Source: Myxococcota bacterium (GTDB taxonomy: Bacteria > Myxococcota_A > UBA9160 > UBA4427). Taken from it: a stretch of 48,816 nt of DNA. This document shows, piece after piece, positions 1 through 8,495 of this stretch (positions are counted from its first letter, which is position 1; each line of letters starts with the position of its first letter). Under the pieces are notes generated by a model. That model saw only the letters and a program-made list of their open reading frames with translations. It was not told the DNA's origin and did not search any database. The stretch is taken from assembly GCA_029941235.1 (NCBI GenBank), contig JAPYQM010000012.1, forward strand, positions 7,071-55,886. The letters run 5' to 3'. A program made the position numbers and the translations under genes.

Positions 1-97
1 ACACACCCCCCCCCCCCCGCCCTCCCCCACCCCCGCTTCCAGCTTTCGGACGAGTTCGGCTCGACTGGGGCGGAACAGCGAAGACTCTCGTCTCGAA

Positions 98-397
98 TCA
101 GCTCAGATCGCCCGGCTCGTCTTCAACCGGCGCGATGGCCTCGGCCTCGACCACCGCCTCATCGGCCAAGCTTGAGACCGCCTCGCCCTCTTCCAGCGGA
201 TCCAGAATTCGCTCCCCCGGCTTCACATGACCCGCTGCGATCTCCCTCAGAGCGATGACCACGGCCTTGTTGTTCTCGGCCTGAACCAGGGCCGTGGCAC
301 CACGCTTGAGCTGCTTGGCCCGCGTGGCCGCCATTTGAACAAGGTGGAAGCGGTTGGGCACCGCGTGGATGCAGTCTTCGATGGTGATGCGCGCCAT
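98..397 (-). CDS. rpoZ: DNA-directed RNA polymerase subunit omega
   Basis: 99-aa [24 protein letters not shown] is the typical omega N-terminus. ATG at 395-397 (cat on the + strand) is preceded by GGGGAGAA. The tail is acidic. Confidence 0.95.
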   Translation of the reverse strand: MARITIEDCIHAVPNRFHLVQMAATRAKQLKRGATALVQAENNKAVVIALREIAAGHVKPGERILDPLEEGEAVSSLADEAVVEAEAIAPVEDEPGDLS

Positions 398-470
398 GGG
401 TTCTCCCCGGGAGAGTGTCAGGACATTCCGGGAGCCGATGCCCGGAGCGGGCCGAACGATAGGTCACCCG

Positions 471-511
471 CCCCAACAAAGAAACCCCGGCAGACACAGG
501 GTCAGCCGGGG
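471..511 (-). terminator. Rho-independent terminator downstream of the Lys/Ala-rich protein gene
   Basis: The minus strand reads CCCCGGC-13 nt loop-GCCGGGG followed by TTTCTTTGTT. It lies 57 nt after the stop at 568. Confidence 0.6.
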
Positions 512-567
512 TCCTTTTGGCGATCCAACCAAGGGAAGACCCCTCAGCGGAATCGAAATAGCTCGCG

Positions 568-897
568 CTATCTCTTCTTCCTTCGAGTTGCCTTCTTTTT
601 CTTGGCCGCCTTCTTCTTCTTCTTAGCTGCCTTCTTCTTCCTGGGGGCCGCTTTTTTCTTTGCGGCCTTCTTCTTCTTCTTTGCGGCCTTCTTCTTACCG
701 GCCTTCTTCTTACCGGCCTTCTTCTTCCTGGCCTTCTTCTTACTGGCCTTCTTCTTGGCGGCCTTCTTCTTGCTGGCCTTCTTCTTGGCGGCCTTCTTCT
801 TCGTGGCCTTCTTCTTGGTTGCCTTGCGCTTCGTTGCCTTGCGCTTGGCGGCCTTCTTGCGAGTGGCTTTCTTTCGAGCTGCCATTGCTTGGGTCAC
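568..897 (-). CDS. Histone H1-like / AlgP-like Lys-Ala-rich nucleoid-associated protein
   Basis: 109-aa ORF made almost entirely of KKAAKKK / KKATKKK repeats. The start is GTG at 897 or ATG at 885, downstream of AAGGGGGG. The mirror + strand ORF 227..991 (FFFLAAFFF) is its antisense shadow. Confidence 0.75.
   Translation of the reverse strand: MTQAMAARKKATRKKAAKRKATKRKATKKKATKKKAAKKKASKKKAAKKKASKKKARKKKAGKKKAGKKKAAKKKKKAAKKKAAPRKKKAAKKKKKAAKKKKATRRKKR
575..880. repeat. Imperfect tandem codon repeat (GCC TTC TTC TTN on the + strand) underlying the K/A-rich protein
   Basis: Repeated ggccttcttctt(g/c) units are visible directly in the sequence across the coding region. Confidence 0.7.
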
Positions 898-1294
898 CCC
901 CCTTGTTGGTCAACGCTCCGGCACCGCAGTCCTGACGCTGGCCCGGGCGATTTGCCCGGTGATCGACTTTGTGCTGATCGATGCACGATGAAAACCCGAC
1001 GTACACACATACTCGAAAGAGGTCTTCACCGGCCATCATCGGGCGTGAGTTAAAAGTTCTTGTACTACTTTTCCTCACAATCCACGGTCGTAGAGCGTTT
1101 GTTGCTAGTGATCCTAGGGCAACATTTTCGACCTAGTCAAGTAAATTGGCTAAAAAAAACAAAGACATGAACTCCAAAATTGCGGCTACAACGATAAAAC
1201 TTCAATATAGATCTTCGTTATGACCTAGCGCCGATCCGGTTGCAACGTCTGGAATAACCCACACAACTCATCCTGCACATTCGTCAGCCCATCC

Positions 1295-1329
1295 AAAAAA
1301 AACCGCCGATCCAGACAGACCGACGGTTT
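1295..1329 (-). terminator. Rho-independent terminator of the bS22-like mini-gene
   Basis: The minus strand reads ACCGTCG-12 nt loop-CGGCGGT (one G-U pair) followed by TTTTTTTT. It lies 29 nt after the TAG at 1358-1360. Confidence 0.65.
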
Positions 1330-1357
1330 ATTCTCAAAAGTTCCAAGCGCAGCAAAA

Positions 1358-1444
1358 CTACTTTTTATGCCGCTGGCGCTTCAGAAGCTTGCGCTGCTTG
1401 TGCTTGCGCATCTTCTTCCGACGTTTCTTGATTACGCTTCCCAA
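1358..1444 (-). CDS. bS22-like (AURKAIP1/COX24-type) 28-aa basic ribosomal mini-protein
   Basis: Not in the ORF track (under 60 aa, TTG start). The minus strand reads GAGGTGaaatTTG GGA AGC GTA ATC AAG AAA CGT CGG AAG AAG ATG CGC AAG CAC AAG CAG CGC AAG CTT CTG AAG CGC CAG CGG CAT AAA AAG TAG. This gives MGSVIKKRRKKMRKHKQRKLLKRQRHKK, close to the actinobacterial bS22 consensus MGSVIKKRRKRM.KKKHRKLL as I recall it. An in-frame TGA lies two codons upstream of the TTG, so the ORF cannot extend further upstream. Confidence 0.7.
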   Translation of the reverse strand: MGSVIKKRRKKMRKHKQRKLLKRQRHKK

Positions 1445-2020
1445 ATTTCACCTCTACAGTTCGATGGAGTGGGTGTCCTACCGTTTTTAATCGGTTTTTT
1501 CTTTGTGCGACTCTGCGCGCCTTCTGCGATCCGACTCGGGTAAACGCCAAGAACACAACCGCAGCAGTCCCGCGTACCCACCTGGCGCGCCGGCCGCTCC
1601 ATACCATCCGGCAGTTCAGGTTGCGCCGAGAAAGGTGCTCGTACCCGACAAGGGCCTACGATTAGTGGGTCTCCAGCGTCAAGTCAAGCGCTCAGCAATC
1701 TCCCGCGGGGCACGCCTCCAACGGACGCGCACTCGCGCCCTCAGGGCGGCTCTTGCGGACCCGAGTCAGTGTACAGCTACGATTTCACCCGTCGGCGCTC
1801 GCGACGAAAAAATCGACGGTTCATGGTGGGCCGAACCCGGCGAAAGCAAGCCTCTCCCCTTCGTACGGATAAATACCGATACAGAAACGGGTCCGTTGGG
1901 TGCGCGAGTTCGCAATAGCACCGGGACCGGGACCGAACCCGAGACACTTCACCACCCAGGCTGAGGCCACGCCCGAGGAACTCACTCGACGACTACTGAG
2001 TCCTCGGTTGAGTCCTCGAT

Positions 2021-2260
2021 TTAGTCTTCGATGATCTCAAGGATGTATCGCTTCTTTTCCTTGCCGCTCGCGGCGGACATCAGAGTGCGAATTGCTGATG
2101 CGTGCGCCCCCCCCTTGCCGATGACCTTGCCGAGATCCTCGCGTGCAACCCGCAATTCCAGTAGGTGAGCGTGATCACCAACCACTTCCTTTATCTGGAC
2201 TTCACTCGGCTTGTCCACCAGAGCGTGCACGATGTCTTCAATTAGTTGCTTCATCATCAT
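2021..2260 (-). CDS. KH-domain RNA-binding protein (UPF0109 / YlqC family)
   Basis: MMMKQLIEDIVHALVDKP..GKVIGKGG..IRTL carries the GxxG KH motif. I chose the ATG triplet at 2252-2260, preceded by GGGGGAG, over the track start at 2299. Confidence 0.9.
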   Translation of the reverse strand: MMMKQLIEDIVHALVDKPSEVQIKEVVGDHAHLLELRVAREDLGKVIGKGGAHASAIRTLMSAASGKEKKRYILEIIED

Positions 2261-2961
2261 CTTGGCTCCCCCGCTGCCTGTTCCGTTTCTACTAATCATT
2301 CCAATTCACACCCGCCTGCGAAACGATGCGACCTTTAGCGACCACTTCTGCGACCAGCTCGTACGCTCCGTTGAACTTTGACGGATCCCACGGCCTAGGC
2401 CGCTTTGTTCTTATCGGTTGTTATCGGCTCCGTTCCGCAAAGTCTTCACTACTGCCGAGCAAGTCATTCATTTTTCGTACTCGACCCCGCAACCCGAATC
2501 GGTCGTCCCTCTCAGTTCACCGAAAGACTGATCTCTCCCCCCGATTCACGCAACCGAAAAAGACCCAAGAGTGTCAATCAAAACACCCAATTCCGCATGA
2601 ATTATCGTGTCTCTTGCCGATCACCCCCACTTCTATGCCAGACGAAATATTCAGAAGGCCCGATCGGCACAGGGTGTGTGCGAATTCCTTCAGCCGGTCG
2701 CCTGCCCCCATTTGCCAAATCCATCGAAGCTTCGAGGTCCGTCGGCTCTCCCTGCGAGAGGTCGCTCTTGGGCGAGTCCAGTAGAGAAAACGGCAGAAGT
2801 GAGGTAGTCACTCGGCGGGTCAGCGGCATTGAATTATCCCCCGCGTCTGGCATCGGTACCCGAAGCGACACGGGTCTTCATCTCCGTTCGGTCTTGCCCC
2901 TAACTTCGGCCCAACCGATAGACCTCCTGGAGAGCCCCCGAAAGAGAGACTGCGAGATCCC

Positions 2962-4314
2962 ATGACGGACCAGGACATCACGACCGACTTCCTCAAGCGC
3001 CTGCTGGCCAATGATGGCGATCTCCTGGCCGAAGAACGCCTGGCACAGATTCATCCGTCTACCCTGACGCCTCTCCTCGCGGATCTCGCGCCCGACGAAA
3101 TCCAGCGATTGATCGACCTGCTTTTCATTCGTCATCGGGCGGCCGCGATGCTGGCGGGGCTTCCCGCCGAGTTGATGCCCCAGATTCTTGAGGCCATCCC
3201 CGACCAGCGACTGGCCGAGGTGTTGGCTCGGCTTGAAATCGACGACATGCTGCTACTGGTCGAGCATCTTCCTACCGAGCGACGGGACGGCGTCGAAGAA
3301 CTGCTGCCCCCACGCCAGCGCCGAGACCTGATGCACGCCGAACTCTACCCCCCGGACAGCGCGGGCCGGGCGATGGTGACCCACTTCATCGCCCTACAGC
3401 CAAAGATGACCGCCCAGGAAGCCATCGACGCGATTCGACTCGAGGGCGACTCGAGTGATGCCGAACCCCACCTCTATGTAGTCGACGAGTCTCAACGTCT
3501 TTTGGGGGTAGTGCCCATCAGGAAACTGGTTTCGAACCCACCGCAAACCCCCGTCGGACACTTGATGATTTCCGAGTCGATCAGCGTTTCGTCCGAAGCC
3601 GACCAAGAAGAAGCCGCCCAACTCGTCGCCCGATACGACTTGCTCGCACTCCCGGTCACCGACCCCGATGATCGTATGGTCGGCATCATCACTGTGGACG
3701 ATGTCATCGATGTCATCAATGAGGAGGCGACCGAGGACATCTACCGCCTGGCGGGGCTTTCCGACGCCGATCGGGTCTACACCTCCGCCCGGGTGTCCAT
3801 CAGCAAGCGCCTTCCGTGGATGATCGTCAATCTGGGCACAGCGTTCACAGCGGCCTCCGTGGTCGGACTCTACGAGTCCACGCTGGATCAGCTCGTCAGT
3901 CTCGCGATATTTCTCCCCGTCGTGGCGGGGATCGGCGGAAATGGCGGCATCCAAACCTTGACCGTGATTACTCGCTCCATCGCCCTGGGCGAAATCGAAT
4001 TCTCCAGCGGTTTCCGCGCAATTGGCAAGGAATTGTGGGTCGGCCTGGTTATTGGGAGCGTCGCAGGGATTCTGGCGGGCTTCGTGGCCTTCCTCTGGCA
4101 GGGAAACGCAATTCTCGGCCTGGTCCTCCTGCTCTCCATGATGATCACCATGACGATGGCGAGCCTGTTGGGTGCCGCGATCCCGCTACTGCTGAAGAGC
4201 TTTGGCCAGGATCCCGCTTTGGGGGCTGGCGTACTTGTCACGTTTTGCACCGATGCCCTCGGTTTTTTCTCGTTCCTCGGAATCGCCACGCTGCTGCTCC
4301 AGAAACTGGTCTGA
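2962..4314 (+). CDS. mgtE: Magnesium transporter MgtE
   Basis: 450 aa with an MgtE N-domain, a tandem CBS region (VVDESQRLLGVVPIRKL, LPVTDPDDRMVGIITVDDV) and a C-terminal membrane domain (GIGGNGGIQ). Confidence 0.95.
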   Translation: MTDQDITTDFLKRLLANDGDLLAEERLAQIHPSTLTPLLADLAPDEIQRLIDLLFIRHRAAAMLAGLPAELMPQILEAIPDQRLAEVLARLEIDDMLLLVEHLPTERRDGVEELLPPRQRRDLMHAELYPPDSAGRAMVTHFIALQPKMTAQEAIDAIRLEGDSSDAEPHLYVVDESQRLLGVVPIRKLVSNPPQTPVGHLMISESISVSSEADQEEAAQLVARYDLLALPVTDPDDRMVGIITVDDVIDVINEEATEDIYRLAGLSDADRVYTSARVSISKRLPWMIVNLGTAFTAASVVGLYESTLDQLVSLAIFLPVVAGIGGNGGIQTLTVITRSIALGEIEFSSGFRAIGKELWVGLVIGSVAGILAGFVAFLWQGNAILGLVLLLSMMITMTMASLLGAAIPLLLKSFGQDPALGAGVLVTFCTDALGFFSFLGIATLLLQKLV

Positions 4315-7140
4315 ACCCGGCGGCTTCCCCCTTGCCGATTCCGCATCCAGGGGCTGCGAAATCCGATGCCGCTGCCAGCCATCGGTACCCCGGCGCAATT
4401 CCCACGTGGGCCAGTACTCCAGATCCAACTTCAAGGTCTTGACCCGAATACGCCCTTCAAGATCGAGCACTTTGAGGCGTACGGAGCCCCGGTCCTCGGT
4501 CTGCGCGACAGCCTCAAGAAATCGGTCGAGATCCGGCGTTGGGGTGCCATTGACCTCGACGATACGACTCGTGGCTCGCAGGCCGTAACGATTGGCCGGG
4601 GAACCGAACCAATAGCGAGAGATATACACGCCCTCACGCCGCAGGGAATGATCCCGGGCCAGGGCCAGGGGCGGTTCTTGAAGAAGCGTCCCCGCCCAGA
4701 GCACCCCGCGATCCGTCCCCCCACCCATCAGGGGTTCGGTGGGAACTGTCAGTTCGAGTTCCTTACCCTCGCGCAGAACCCTCAGACGAACCCGGTCGTG
4801 CATGGAGGCCGCTTCCACTTCATGAAAGCGAGTCACCGGATTATCGTCCACCGAGAGCAGCAGGTCTCCCGTGCGGAGCAATTCCTCGGAGGGGCTTCCG
4901 GCCGTCAACCGCAGAACCGAAAGCACTCGCTTGCCCTCGGGGTCATGATTCTCCAGCCTGCGGGCCTGCTGATCCGACAAGCCCCGACTGCGGGCATTCG
5001 CCAGAGTCAGCGGCTTGAACTCGACGCCTAGAGAGCGCCACCCCACCGTCTCCCCCCTGCGCAACACGGCAACGATCTCTCGAATTGGGCGTACGGGGAT
5101 GCCCGCGAAGAATGCTTCAGGGGCCGCTCCGTCCCCCAACGCAAAGGACGCCCAGAGCGCCTGCACGCGCCCCTTGCTATCCGCCAGAACACCGCCGACG
5201 GTGGGCGTCGTATCCTCCAGCATGACCAACTCGACATTGCTGTCACGGAAACGGGGAGGAAATGGGAGTGGCAGCGACACCGGTTCTCTTCGGGCCACTC
5301 GAGTCTCGCGCGCGACGACCTGGTGTTCCCTCGACATACCCACCAGCCAGGTTTCGTCGCCCGCCGCGATTTCATCGTCTCGAAAACGAGCACTCCGAAC
5401 AGGCGAATCACCCAACAATTCGGGCGGGTAGCGGACCACGGCAAAATTGTGCTCGGGATGCAAGTACACGACTTCGCCCGGAACAACGACCGAGCCTCCA
5501 AATGTCAGGGAAAGTTCGCCGAGCGCCACCGGGACGGTCTCTCGATCCACCACCACCAGCCCCATCTCTGCATCCACCACCAGCCCGGTACCCACGAAGC
5601 GATCGTGGTGCACGCCGTCGATCAGATAGGGAATATCATTGGTCACCAGAACGAGAGACGGCGCCAAGGCGCGAACGGCGCGAGAGCCCGAGGCTTCCAT
5701 CTTGGTCGTCGCCGGCTGCTGGGGACTGGCAGCGGGGGGCTCCGGAGAAGCCTCACAGGGCCAGCGTCCGCTCGAATCGTCTCGCGCGCACCGCTGCATG
5801 GAGAACCAGCGGCGGCTCATCTGGACGACCCCGACCCCCGACATCCGATGATTGCTGAGTAGGTGGAAGCGAATCGGCACGCGCTCCCCATCGGGGTAGG
5901 CGGCCATCTCGGCTTCGAAGGCATCCAGAGTTGGTGTCGCTTTTCCGTTCACCCCGGTGATCACGGCACCGGGAGGCAATCCTTCACGGGAAAACATAAA
6001 GCCGGGGTTGGCGAGGTAAACCCCTTCCGCAGGAACCGCATAGTTTCGCGCCATGTGGTAAGAGAGCGGGTTGAGCACAGCCCCTCCCACTTCGACATAC
6101 TCGGAGGGGATCAATGCGTGGAGGTCGGCCACTTCCAGCCGCAACCGCATGGGCGCTCCACCTCGCTCGACATCCAGGACGACCTCGTCGCCCACCGAGA
6201 CATCTAAAACGGCTTCGAGATCGATGAACCCCCCAACCCTCTTCTCGTTGATGCGAACGACTACATCGCCGGGCTCGAGAATTCCCGCCGCGGGACCTTG
6301 GGGGACGACTTCGCTCACCACGATCATTCCCGTCCCCTGGGCAAAGGCTCGCCGGGCAGCGGACTCAGTCTCCCGGAGAACGCCGAGTCGCCTCACCTCG
6401 TCGTAAGGCTCGTAGCTGAACACTGTCTGAAGCGTGCCCCGGGTAACCGGCTCTCCCTTGCGCAGCAGCTCGAGCGCCCGTTTCACCCGATCCAAAGGCA
6501 AAAAGAAACTAGAGGCCGCGGTTCGTTTGCCCCCCGCATTCATCGCGACCACCTTGCCTTCGATGTCGACGACCGGCGAGCCCGACGAGCCACCCGAGGT
6601 TCCCGACGCAGCCTGCAGGTAAAACGTATTGAAATCATTCCACGAATCGGGTCCATAGTCCGGGGCCTCCCGATCGAGTCGCGCGATGGTCCCGGGGAGT
6701 ATGGCCAGTTTCTCGCCCGCATCGTTGCCCACGACCCGAATTTCCCGACCCACACGAGCGCGCTCGGGAGCCAGCTGCAATTCATGAACTTTCATGAATT
6801 CAACGTCCGCCGGGTCGAACCGGAAAAAACCGAAATCGTGGACGGGATCGCGGTATATCGCTCGGATCGGCAGCTCTTCGTTGTCCAGAAGCACCGCTTC
6901 GGCGACCACCGGCCCGGTGGTCACCACATGACGGTTGGTCAAAATCAGCCCCTGTTCCGCATCCACCACGAATCCCGTGGCCGTCGCATAGCCTGGGCTC
7001 AGCCCATCGAAGGCTCGCGGCGAATTGACCCGCAGAACAACGACACCGCGTACAACCTCATCGAGACTTTCCTGCCACCCTTTCCCCGACTGACCCAGGG
7101 CGGCGGTCGCTACCAGTGTAGCCACGAGAGCAAGATTCAA
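4186..7140 (-). CDS. Secreted Nma111/DEG7-type tandem HtrA-like serine protease with PDZ domains
   Basis: The first half carries the triad context TNRHVV / YRDPVHDFGFF / GTSGGSSGSPVV. The second half is a degenerate protease-like repeat (GTGLVVDAEMGLVVVDRETVP). The start was re-picked to TTG at 7140 (GGGAG 8 nt upstream), just after the thrC stop, giving the signal-like N-terminus MNLALVATLVATAALGQS. The track start at 7233 would overlap thrC. Confidence 0.88.
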   Translation of the reverse strand: MNLALVATLVATAALGQSGKGWQESLDEVVRGVVVLRVNSPRAFDGLSPGYATATGFVVDAEQGLILTNRHVVTTGPVVAEAVLLDNEELPIRAIYRDPVHDFGFFRFDPADVEFMKVHELQLAPERARVGREIRVVGNDAGEKLAILPGTIARLDREAPDYGPDSWNDFNTFYLQAASGTSGGSSGSPVVDIEGKVVAMNAGGKRTAASSFFLPLDRVKRALELLRKGEPVTRGTLQTVFSYEPYDEVRRLGVLRETESAARRAFAQGTGMIVVSEVVPQGPAAGILEPGDVVVRINEKRVGGFIDLEAVLDVSVGDEVVLDVERGGAPMRLRLEVADLHALIPSEYVEVGGAVLNPLSYHMARNYAVPAEGVYLANPGFMFSREGLPPGAVITGVNGKATPTLDAFEAEMAAYPDGERVPIRFHLLSNHRMSGVGVVQMSRRWFSMQRCARDDSSGRWPCEASPEPPAASPQQPATTKMEASGSRAVRALAPSLVLVTNDIPYLIDGVHHDRFVGTGLVVDAEMGLVVVDRETVPVALGELSLTFGGSVVVPGEVVYLHPEHNFAVVRYPPELLGDSPVRSARFRDDEIAAGDETWLVGMSREHQVVARETRVARREPVSLPLPFPPRFRDSNVELVMLEDTTPTVGGVLADSKGRVQALWASFALGDGAAPEAFFAGIPVRPIREIVAVLRRGETVGWRSLGVEFKPLTLANARSRGLSDQQARRLENHDPEGKRVLSVLRLTAGSPSEELLRTGDLLLSVDDNPVTRFHEVEAASMHDRVRLRVLREGKELELTVPTEPLMGGGTDRGVLWAGTLLQEPPLALARDHSLRREGVYISRYWFGSPANRYGLRATSRIVEVNGTPTPDLDRFLEAVAQTEDRGSVRLKVLDLEGRIRVKTLKLDLEYWPTWELRRGTDGWQRHRISQPLDAESARGKPPGSDQFLEQQRGDSEEREKTEGIGAKRDKYASPQSGILAKALQQ

Positions 7141-7144
7141 ACGC

Positions 7145-8494
7145 TCAGCTCCCGAACCGCAGGTCAATCTCGCGCAGCATCCGATCGCGCACATCGTCGT
7201 AACGCGCGGGCAAATCGATGGGCGGGTTCGCATGAGCCGGAGCCATGTCTTCGAGATTCATCTCGTGGTAATTGCGCTTGAAGTCGGTGAATTTGAGGCC
7301 ATGAGCCGTCGACACGACCACCACACGATCGCTCTTCTGAATAACGCCTCGAGCAAGCAATTTCTGCATCGCCGCAAGCGCCACACCGGTATGGGGACAG
7401 TTGAAGAGGCCGGTCCGATCAGCGGCCGCGCAGGCTTCCATGATTTCCGCCTCGCTCGCCTGCTCAACAACCCCGTCATAACGCCGCAGGGCGTCGATGG
7501 CTTTGTCCCGGGAGACGGGGTTACCAATCTGGATCGCCGATGCAACGGTCTGCCGAGCCGCGATCGGCTCAAAAACCTCGAAGTCTTTCTGGTAAGCGAG
7601 ATAGAGCGGATTTGCCGCCTGGGCTTGCCCGACACAGATCCTCGGTTTGCGATCGATCAAGCCGAGTTCGAGCAGCAGATCCAATCCTTTGGCGAGGGCG
7701 GAAACGTTCCCCAGATTACCGCCGGGGATGACGATCCAGTCAGGCACCTCCCATCCGAACTGTTCCACGATTTCGATACCTACGGTCTTCTGGCCCTCGA
7801 TCCGCAGGCTATTCATGGAATTCGCCAGATAGATTCCATCCCGCTCGGACACTTGCTTGACGATTTCCATGCAACCGTCAAAATCAGTATCCAGCGCAAA
7901 AACGATGGCCCCGTTCGACACCGGTTGAATGAGTTGGGCGAGGGAAATTTTTCCGCGGGGAAGAAAGACCACCGCAGGAATCGAAGCCGCCGCCGCATAC
8001 GCGGCCAATGCCGCCGAAGTATCCCCCGTCGACGCACAGGCGACTGCCGGAATGTCGACTCCTTGAGCGATCATCTCCTTGACCTGGGAGACGAGAACCG
8101 TCATGCCCAGATCCTTAAAACTCCCTGTATGGGAGTTTCCACAGAGCTTGATCCACAAATTTTCGAGCCCGAGTTCCCTCCCGTAGCGCTCGGCCCAAAA
8201 CAAATTCGTATGCCCTTCGTACATCGACACCACGTTCTCATCCGAGACGCCGGGCAGAACCCATTCCTTCTTGCCCCACACGCCCGACCCATAGGGCCAG
8301 TCGTTCCTCCGGGCCCGATTGTCAAAAATCTGCTTCCATTCGTCGGCCGAATGCCGCTTCAGAGCCTGCACATCGTGCACGACCTGAAGCAGTCCGCCGC
8401 CCTGATCGGTGTAGACAATCTCGTCGAGCGAGTAGCGTTCCGAAGGGTTGCTGAGACTCTCAAACCAGGCTTGATATTTGGGGTCGGAAGCCAT
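7145..8494 (-). CDS. thrC: Threonine synthase
   Basis: The SFKD PLP-lysine motif (HTGSFKDLG) is present. The start ATG at 8492-8494 lies 1 nt after the hom TGA and is preceded by GAGGAGG. Confidence 0.95.
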   Translation of the reverse strand: MASDPKYQAWFESLSNPSERYSLDEIVYTDQGGGLLQVVHDVQALKRHSADEWKQIFDNRARRNDWPYGSGVWGKKEWVLPGVSDENVVSMYEGHTNLFWAERYGRELGLENLWIKLCGNSHTGSFKDLGMTVLVSQVKEMIAQGVDIPAVACASTGDTSAALAAYAAAASIPAVVFLPRGKISLAQLIQPVSNGAIVFALDTDFDGCMEIVKQVSERDGIYLANSMNSLRIEGQKTVGIEIVEQFGWEVPDWIVIPGGNLGNVSALAKGLDLLLELGLIDRKPRICVGQAQAANPLYLAYQKDFEVFEPIAARQTVASAIQIGNPVSRDKAIDALRRYDGVVEQASEAEIMEACAAADRTGLFNCPHTGVALAAMQKLLARGVIQKSDRVVVVSTAHGLKFTDFKRNYHEMNLEDMAPAHANPPIDLPARYDDVRDRMLREIDLRFGS

Positions 8495-8495
8495 A

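Noticed and set aside
227-991. A 254-aa + strand ORF rich in FFFLAAFFF repeats.
   Set aside because: It is the antisense shadow of the Lys/Ala repeat gene, because AAG/GCC repeats read backwards give TTC/GGC codons. It has no RBS or sensible N-terminus, and it runs through the rpoZ coding region.
1828-1848. GGGCCGAACCCGGCGAAAGC, reminiscent of the RNase P RNA 3' motif ACAGAACCCGGCUUA.
   Set aside because: I could not find the obligatory GAGGAAAGUCCGGGC / P4 partner or the other universally conserved RNase P segments on either strand of the 575-nt spacer.
2405-2965. A 186-aa + strand ORF, with overlapping ORFs, filling the KH-mgtE intergenic region.
   Set aside because: The composition is Ser/Arg/Pro-rich with no recognisable motif and no RBS, and the ORF runs into the mgtE start. 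I treated the region as non-coding leader and promoter DNA.
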